64,000 nt of DNA from positions 32,001 to 96,000 of the forward strand of contig VMGC01000003.1 of NCBI GenBank assembly GCA_007376385.1. The letters run 5' to 3'. Below, one piece after another: positions 58,674-64,000 of the stretch (the first letter of the stretch is position 1; each line of letters opens with the position of its first letter). The notes beneath the pieces are model-generated. The model searched no databases. It saw only the letters and a program-made list of their open reading frames with translations, and was not told where the DNA came from. The DNA comes from Parcubacteria group bacterium Gr01-1014_8. GTDB taxonomy: Bacteria > Patescibacteriota > Minisyncoccia > Phycocordibacterales > UBA2100. The translations under genes were made by a program, and so were the position numbers.

Positions 58674-59021
58674 ATGGCAAGGGTAAAGAGAGGAACACTG
58701 AAAAATAAGCGACGCAAGAATATCCTTGCGCAGACCAAGGGCTACCGATTCGATCGTTCGTCAAAGGAACGCGTCGCAAAAGAAGCCATTCTTCATGCCG
58801 GCTCTCACGCATTCCGCCACCGTCGCACGAAAAAGCGTGAATTCAGACAACTGTGGACCATTCGGCTGAACGCAGCTCTTCGACAGGGTGGGTTTGCTTC
58901 GTATAGCAAATTCATCGGCTCTCTAAAGAAAAAAAATATTTCGCTCGACCGCAAATCTCTCGCAACGCTCGCGAAAGATCATCCAGAAACATTCGCGCGA
59001 CTCGCGAAACAGCTCGCTTAA
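58674..59021 (+). CDS. rplT: 50S ribosomal protein L20
   Basis: 115 aa. MARVKRG...KNKRRKNILAQTKGYR, the canonical L20 N-terminus. Confidence 0.9.
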   Translation: MARVKRGTLKNKRRKNILAQTKGYRFDRSSKERVAKEAILHAGSHAFRHRRTKKREFRQLWTIRLNAALRQGGFASYSKFIGSLKKKNISLDRKSLATLAKDHPETFARLAKQLA

Positions 59022-59026
59022 GTTGC

Positions 59027-59058
59027 GAACCGCGATATATCGGCGGTTCTCCTTTTTC
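59027..59058 (+). terminator. Intrinsic terminator after rplT
   Basis: GAACCGC-(GATATATCG)-GCGGTTC followed by TCCTTTTTC. Confidence 0.55.
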
Positions 59059-59113
59059 ACCTCCTCCTTTCAATATCCTGTTTCTAGATCTTGGGGGCGA
59101 GCATATACGTGCC

Positions 59114-59806
59114 TTACAAGATTATTTCCGCCTTCTTCCCTGTTGCGCTCCACCCATCATGATTGTTGAAGACCGGGCTGTGTTCCGCTCTATCTTTCAT
59201 AACGCGCTCTATCAATTTTTCGACAAGCGCTTTCGGATCAGAGTCAAAATAGATGGCATCATTCGGCCTGTGGGCTAGATTGATGATGTAACGAAGCTCC
59301 TCATCGGTTTTCCACGTGCCTTCCAGAATGCCTATCGGACGTCTATCTTCAAACGAGACGGCAAATTCATTGATGGTCCCGATGCGCCCGCAGCCTATGA
59401 TCATCGCATCGCACGAGCGCACCAACAGAAGGTCTCGCCCTGCGTATCCAAATCCGGTATACACAATGACGTCAAGATATTCGAGGGGAAGCTTATATAC
59501 ATCAACATGCTCTCGCTCTGTGGACGCTGGAGAAAAACCTATTGAAAAACCGCATTCATCCTTCGCGCCCATCGCTGCATACATCGGAAAGCCTGTGGTC
59601 GCTCCGGTGACGATAATACCGCCTTGAACGGCGATCTCGCGGCCAACTTCTTTTGCTTTCTCGAACGCGTCCAGACCGCAGTGCCCAGTTTCCGCTGCAC
59701 CCGACACGCCGATCTTTACGACACCGTATCCGCTCGGGAGACGACAGAAATTTTTCGGCACCGCTGTGTGGTTTGGATGTATCGTTCGCATCCTTTTATC
59801 GGTCAT
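59114..59806 (-). CDS. LOG/TIGR00725-like Rossmann-fold nucleotide-binding protein
   Basis: 230 aa. Motifs VSGAAETG...GGIIVTGATTG...PIGILEGTW, resembling the LOG / YvdD-like family. Confidence 0.5.
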   Translation of the reverse strand: MTDKRMRTIHPNHTAVPKNFCRLPSGYGVVKIGVSGAAETGHCGLDAFEKAKEVGREIAVQGGIIVTGATTGFPMYAAMGAKDECGFSIGFSPASTEREHVDVYKLPLEYLDVIVYTGFGYAGRDLLLVRSCDAMIIGCGRIGTINEFAVSFEDRRPIGILEGTWKTDEELRYIINLAHRPNDAIYFDSDPKALVEKLIERVMKDRAEHSPVFNNHDGWSATGKKAEIIL

Positions 59807-59826
59807 ACCTCGCTGATTTTACCATG

Positions 59827-60225
59827 CTATTCGTGTACATCCACATTGGCGGCTGAAAACAGAGCAGTTTTTCGACGTACAAAATACATCGCAGCGAAAC
59901 TGCCCGCAACATCCATCAACAGATCAAGCGATGTATCAGGCCGATAATTTGATTCACGGGGCGCGCCAATAACAAATTCAAATATCTCCCACAAAACGCC
60001 GATAATGATCACCAAAGAGATCACGTGAGCCCATCGCGGCGGTATTTTGTACATCGCAAAAGACCACATCACCGCGAGCGCTGCCCATGCACCTCCTAAA
60101 AAATGCAGCACGATGTCATACCACCAGAACACCCAGTGAAGATAGAGAAAGAAACCGAGAAAATAAAGAAAGGCTGTTATGAGAAGAATGATGCTTTGGG
60201 CAAACAATAACTGCCGAACACTCAT
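59827..60225 (-). CDS. Hypothetical integral membrane protein
   Basis: 132 aa with four predicted TM helices, rich in Trp/Phe. Confidence 0.45.
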   Translation of the reverse strand: MSVRQLLFAQSIILLITAFLYFLGFFLYLHWVFWWYDIVLHFLGGAWAALAVMWSFAMYKIPPRWAHVISLVIIIGVLWEIFEFVIGAPRESNYRPDTSLDLLMDVAGSFAAMYFVRRKTALFSAANVDVHE

Positions 60226-60472
60226 ATGAAAATTTTAACATCGCCAGCAGCTCCAACGCTGGCGCGAAACAGCCCCGTCAGAGAGCGCATTGGCGCAATC
60301 TCGCGGGGCAACTTCGGCGCGGCAAGTACGGCAAGCCTGGGGTTGATGCCAGGTGGGTCTCCGCATCGTCGCGCCAAGGCGCGAAGAAATGTAGGAATCC
60401 CTTTCTTGTACCAAGCAGGTTTAAGTACCAGCCGCTGCCCGCAAGTATAGCACTACAGTCTTTGGCACACTA

Positions 60473-61084
60473 CTATTCAAGAATCCCGTCCAGGTTCACA
60501 TCGTACAAAATTTCTTCATGAATGATGCGATAGTTCGTCAATTCCTCCGGTTTGAACCAATGAGCTATCTCCACGTTCGCCTCCTCAACCGAGCCAGAAG
60601 CGTGGGCAAGGTTTCGGACGGCACGCCCGTCTTCATCCGCCATCTGGTATGAATCCAGGACGAAATCGCCTCGAATCGAGCCAACGTCTGATGTCAGCGG
60701 CTCTGTGCCTCCCGTCAGCTTCCGTACTATCTTAACGGCGTGAGCTCCTTGCAAGACCATCGCAACAACAGGTCCCGAGGAAAGATACTTCTTTAAGTTT
60801 GTAAGAATTTTCGCGGTAATTTCAAGTGGGTCCTGTGAAGGAGGTGTCATCCCCTTGTCCAAATACCCCTTGATGGTCTTTTCTCCCGTGACCTTTCTCC
60901 AGTTTGGATCGAGCGTGTAGTGCGTTTCGACATGCTCTGGTGTTGGCACCATCATTTTCATGCCGACGAGCTTTAAGCCCGAAGACTCGTAGCGATTGAT
61001 TATCTCTCCTATCAAAGAGCGTTGAACCGCATCTGGCTTAATAACAACGAGCGTGCGTTCTTTGCTGTGATGGTCTTGCGGCAT
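60473..61084 (-). CDS. ndk: Nucleoside-diphosphate kinase (long form with an insertion)
   Basis: 203 aa. ERTLVVIKPDAVQRSLIGEII at the N-terminus and catalytic NxxHxSD-like region (NLAHASGSVEEA). Confidence 0.8.
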   Translation of the reverse strand: MPQDHHSKERTLVVIKPDAVQRSLIGEIINRYESSGLKLVGMKMMVPTPEHVETHYTLDPNWRKVTGEKTIKGYLDKGMTPPSQDPLEITAKILTNLKKYLSSGPVVAMVLQGAHAVKIVRKLTGGTEPLTSDVGSIRGDFVLDSYQMADEDGRAVRNLAHASGSVEEANVEIAHWFKPEELTNYRIIHEEILYDVNLDGILE

Positions 61085-61103
61085 GTATGTACGAAATTAA
61101 TTA

Positions 61104-63929
61104 TTAGTAGGACGGCATCAAAGGATCTGCATACGGACTGCTCTGCGCTGCTTGATCACCTGCATATTTCTTTTTTATCTCGTCTTCAACTTCCTTGCGA
61201 TCCCTGCCGTACGTACGATACGAAAGTTCTTTCAGCGCGTCAACTGGAGTGTAATCTAAAGATGGCATCTTCACTGTCTTGATAGTAAATGGTCTCGCGG
61301 GCACCCCGTTCACAAGAAGTGCGACGCTTGCGTGGTAGTTCTGTTGATTCTCGAGGTCATGCCGCGTAAACACAGGATGGAATTGTTTTTCAAGGAATTC
61401 CGCGTCGGTCGTACCGATGCGAAAGACCATTTTTGTACCGACGTTACCGATAACAGCATCTCGTATTTTCTCTTCGAGCTGTGCAATGAATTGGTGCGCA
61501 ATTGTCAGCGAGAGTTTGTATTTACGAGCTTCGGAAAGGATGGTCCCTATGGACGGCGTCGCGAAGTTTTGGAATTCGTCGATATAAAGATAGAAAACCG
61601 GAAGGTCTGCAGATTTCGCATCAACGCGTGAAAATGCCGCTTGCAGGAACTTTGATACGAGAACAAGACCAAGAAGCGACGTATTCCTATCGCCAAGCCT
61701 GCCTTTCGAGAGGTTCGCGAGAAATATTTTCTTTCCATCAAGGATCTCCCGGAAATCGAACGCAGATTTTTCTTGCGCTACGATCGGACGCATGATGTCG
61801 TTGGCGAGGAAAACGTCGAATTTGCTGGTAATGTACGGTGCGACGTTCTCAAGCGATGGATCTCCTCCCGCTTTTTCCGCGATGCCTCTCCAGAATTGGA
61901 CGATAACGGGGTTGGGACACCGTGAAAGTTTCAAATTCCGGAATCCTGGATCTGCAAAGATGCGTGGGATCTCGAGGAATGTTGAGCCGGAATCCGGGTC
62001 TTCGACAACGAGCTGCACCGCATTTCGGTAGTACTGCTCGAACATTGGACCGAATGCTTCAGGCACATCGGCGTACAGCTTTCGGAAGATTCCGTACACC
62101 TCGTCCACGACAAATGTTTTCATTTCCGGCTTGTTGCGGTCATATTCAAGCATATTTAGTCCCATCGGCCGTGCCGTATGCGCAGGATCGAAATAGATGA
62201 CATCTTTCGCCCGCTCTGGCGGAACCGATGCAAGAATATCCTCAATATCGGTGCCATGCGGGTCTATGTAGGCAACGCCGTCGCCATTTTTCATGTCCTG
62301 CATGATCATATTCTTCAGAAGCGACGTTTTGCCCGTACCTGTTTGCCCTATGACGTAACAATGACGCAGCCGATCCGCAGTGCCGTATTTCACCTCCCTC
62401 TCTTCTGCGCCGTAATGGTTGATACCAACGACTATGCCATCTTCCGGCATCTCAACAGGGGAAGGCGCTTGTTTTGCGTATGATTTCTTCAACTCGCGCG
62501 ACGTCGTGACACGTTGTGCTGTGAAGTGGAACATTGATGTAATTTCCGATAACGAGAGAGGTATCGCGTACGAATCGTTATGAACACGATATGTAAAATC
62601 GCGCAGGAACCCGGACAAGTTCCAGCGCGATATGCGATTGAATATCAAGTGATTGCCCCGCGGGTCATCAAGTTGATTGAAAGGCGCTTCGAGATTCTTG
62701 AGAAGATCCGTCGCTCTCTCTTCCGTAGGGGCAGACGCAACAATACGAACGACTGTAGGAGCGATGCGGCTTTTTATCTTGCGCCCGAATTCTTCATTCG
62801 CAACTTGGTCTGGATTTCGTCTGAATGTGCGGTCTTTTTCTTCTTTTATGTAGTTCTCCGATTTAAAAGAAACCTCTGCTATTTCTTTAATGGTATCTAG
62901 AAAGTAACTCTCCGGGGTCTTCAGAGCTTTGTGCAAGATCTTCCCTCTCTCCAGCTTCCGGATTATCCGCTTATAGTGCTCGTTGTAGCGGTCGCCGTCA
63001 TTTCCAACGACTATTTGAACCGCAGCACCTTCACCGTGCTTCGCAATCTTCGCGAATGCCGCAAGCATGACGTTCATTGGGTCATGTTCGAACATTTCGG
63101 GCGTTTTAAGCGGATACGCCGGGTGCTGCATCTGCGTGGCATATGCCGCAGCATGATAGCCTTCATAATTAAAAATGTTGTAATCTCCGCGGCATTCGCT
63201 GATGAGCGCATTGGGAAAGACAGAAGAAAGAAGACGCTCGGCAAGGGCCTGCCGCGCACGCGGTACGGCAAGGTAGAGTGTCGCTTCTTCCGTACCCTCA
63301 CCGACGGCTATCTCAAGAGAAAATCCTTCATTTTTGCCAAGCAAGGGAAGAAGCCCCGCATACAACTGTTCCGACGATGAAAGCACTTGTTCCAATTTTT
63401 GCTGCTGCTCACTTTCCTTCGTGCCCTCGCTATGCGCCTGAGGATGTATCTCAAAGAGTACGAGGTGCAACGCTTTGATTATCTTCTCTGGCGGTTTTGC
63501 GCCCTTTTGCGGAAGTCCCTGCGCAATGTACCGTATCAGTGCGCGATGAAGGTCATCCTCCAGATGCACATTTTTCATTTTAGCGACGATGGTGAGTGCA
63601 TTTCTGACGCCGTGCTGCTCAACTATCTTCAGGAGTTCATCTATCTGGGTGTCGTGGGTTTCCGGTTCGAGTTGGAGTGCCTTTCGCATTGCTTCGTACT
63701 CGGGCATGACAACTGCCTCGTGTAGCACTGATGCGGCGGGAGTTGCCGCATACTCCGCGACTTCACGTTTTGCGATGCGTTCTTGTTCTGCAATGTTACC
63801 GGCTGTTTCGAGTTCTTGCTCTTTTTCTTTCACTTTACCCCGCAAATAAGCAAGCTCCTCTTCTGGAGTATGGAATTTTTTTGGAGCGGCCACACGCAAC
63901 CGCTCTCCTACCGCAGAGTGAGGAGACAT
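61104..63929 (-). CDS. VirD4/TraG-like (type IV coupling protein-type) P-loop ATPase with a large N-terminal domain of unknown function
   Basis: 941 aa. Walker A GQTGTGKTS at about residue 530. Walker B-like LYIDEFQNF. C-terminal ...ARKYKLSLTIAHQFIAQL... resembling the TraG/VirD4 C-terminal region. No N-terminal TM helices. Confidence 0.6.
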   Translation of the reverse strand: MSPHSAVGERLRVAAPKKFHTPEEELAYLRGKVKEKEQELETAGNIAEQERIAKREVAEYAATPAASVLHEAVVMPEYEAMRKALQLEPETHDTQIDELLKIVEQHGVRNALTIVAKMKNVHLEDDLHRALIRYIAQGLPQKGAKPPEKIIKALHLVLFEIHPQAHSEGTKESEQQQKLEQVLSSSEQLYAGLLPLLGKNEGFSLEIAVGEGTEEATLYLAVPRARQALAERLLSSVFPNALISECRGDYNIFNYEGYHAAAYATQMQHPAYPLKTPEMFEHDPMNVMLAAFAKIAKHGEGAAVQIVVGNDGDRYNEHYKRIIRKLERGKILHKALKTPESYFLDTIKEIAEVSFKSENYIKEEKDRTFRRNPDQVANEEFGRKIKSRIAPTVVRIVASAPTEERATDLLKNLEAPFNQLDDPRGNHLIFNRISRWNLSGFLRDFTYRVHNDSYAIPLSLSEITSMFHFTAQRVTTSRELKKSYAKQAPSPVEMPEDGIVVGINHYGAEEREVKYGTADRLRHCYVIGQTGTGKTSLLKNMIMQDMKNGDGVAYIDPHGTDIEDILASVPPERAKDVIYFDPAHTARPMGLNMLEYDRNKPEMKTFVVDEVYGIFRKLYADVPEAFGPMFEQYYRNAVQLVVEDPDSGSTFLEIPRIFADPGFRNLKLSRCPNPVIVQFWRGIAEKAGGDPSLENVAPYITSKFDVFLANDIMRPIVAQEKSAFDFREILDGKKIFLANLSKGRLGDRNTSLLGLVLVSKFLQAAFSRVDAKSADLPVFYLYIDEFQNFATPSIGTILSEARKYKLSLTIAHQFIAQLEEKIRDAVIGNVGTKMVFRIGTTDAEFLEKQFHPVFTRHDLENQQNYHASVALLVNGVPARPFTIKTVKMPSLDYTPVDALKELSYRTYGRDRKEVEDEIKKKYAGDQAAQSSPYADPLMPSY

Positions 63930-64000
63930 AGGCTAATTATAGCCTAACGAAGCGAGTGAAGTGGGAACCTGTTCACACTTCCGAGCGAGTGACGGCTAGA

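Overview
The window is a 64-kb stretch of dense bacterial DNA, about 50-52 % GC, with standard stop codons (TGA is used as a stop, for example in infC). Its content looks like a reduced-genome Candidate Phyla Radiation / Patescibacteria-type organism; this is an inference, made without any database search. Housekeeping genes present are pyrG, ftsEX, prfB, gdh, gatCA, ligA, recG, prs, ftsH, smpB-ssrA, infC-rpmI-rplT, ndk, thrC, tdh-kbl and lexA-dinB. A complete 12-kb type IV pilus / competence-pilus locus lies on the minus strand at 16003-27980: pilM-N-O-(P?)-pilB-CheY-like regulator-pilT-pilC-two major pilins-pilD-four minor pilins. comFC, a secreted SNase-Excalibur nuclease and an M15 peptidoglycan peptidase are also present. 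I found seven tRNA genes and one tmRNA by eye. The most unusual features are:
- a tRNA-Thr(GGU) gene interrupted after anticodon position 36 by a roughly 209-nt group-I-like intron;
- an 883-aa AMP-binding (acyl-CoA synthetase-like) protein with an in-frame YhbQ-type GIY-YIG domain inserted at the hinge, plus an uncharacterised roughly 265-aa C-terminal domain;
- a tRNA-Ile(UAU) together with two CAU tRNAs, which suggests AUA is decoded without lysidine;
- tRNA-derived fragments and direct repeats around the tRNA-Thr, tRNA-Asp and tRNA-Met genes;
- a roughly 105-nt nested palindrome between the pilus regulator gene and pilT;
- a 941-aa VirD4/TraG-like P-loop ATPase with a large domain of unknown function at its N-terminus.
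All protein calls rest on motifs recognised by eye in the translations. No database searches were run.
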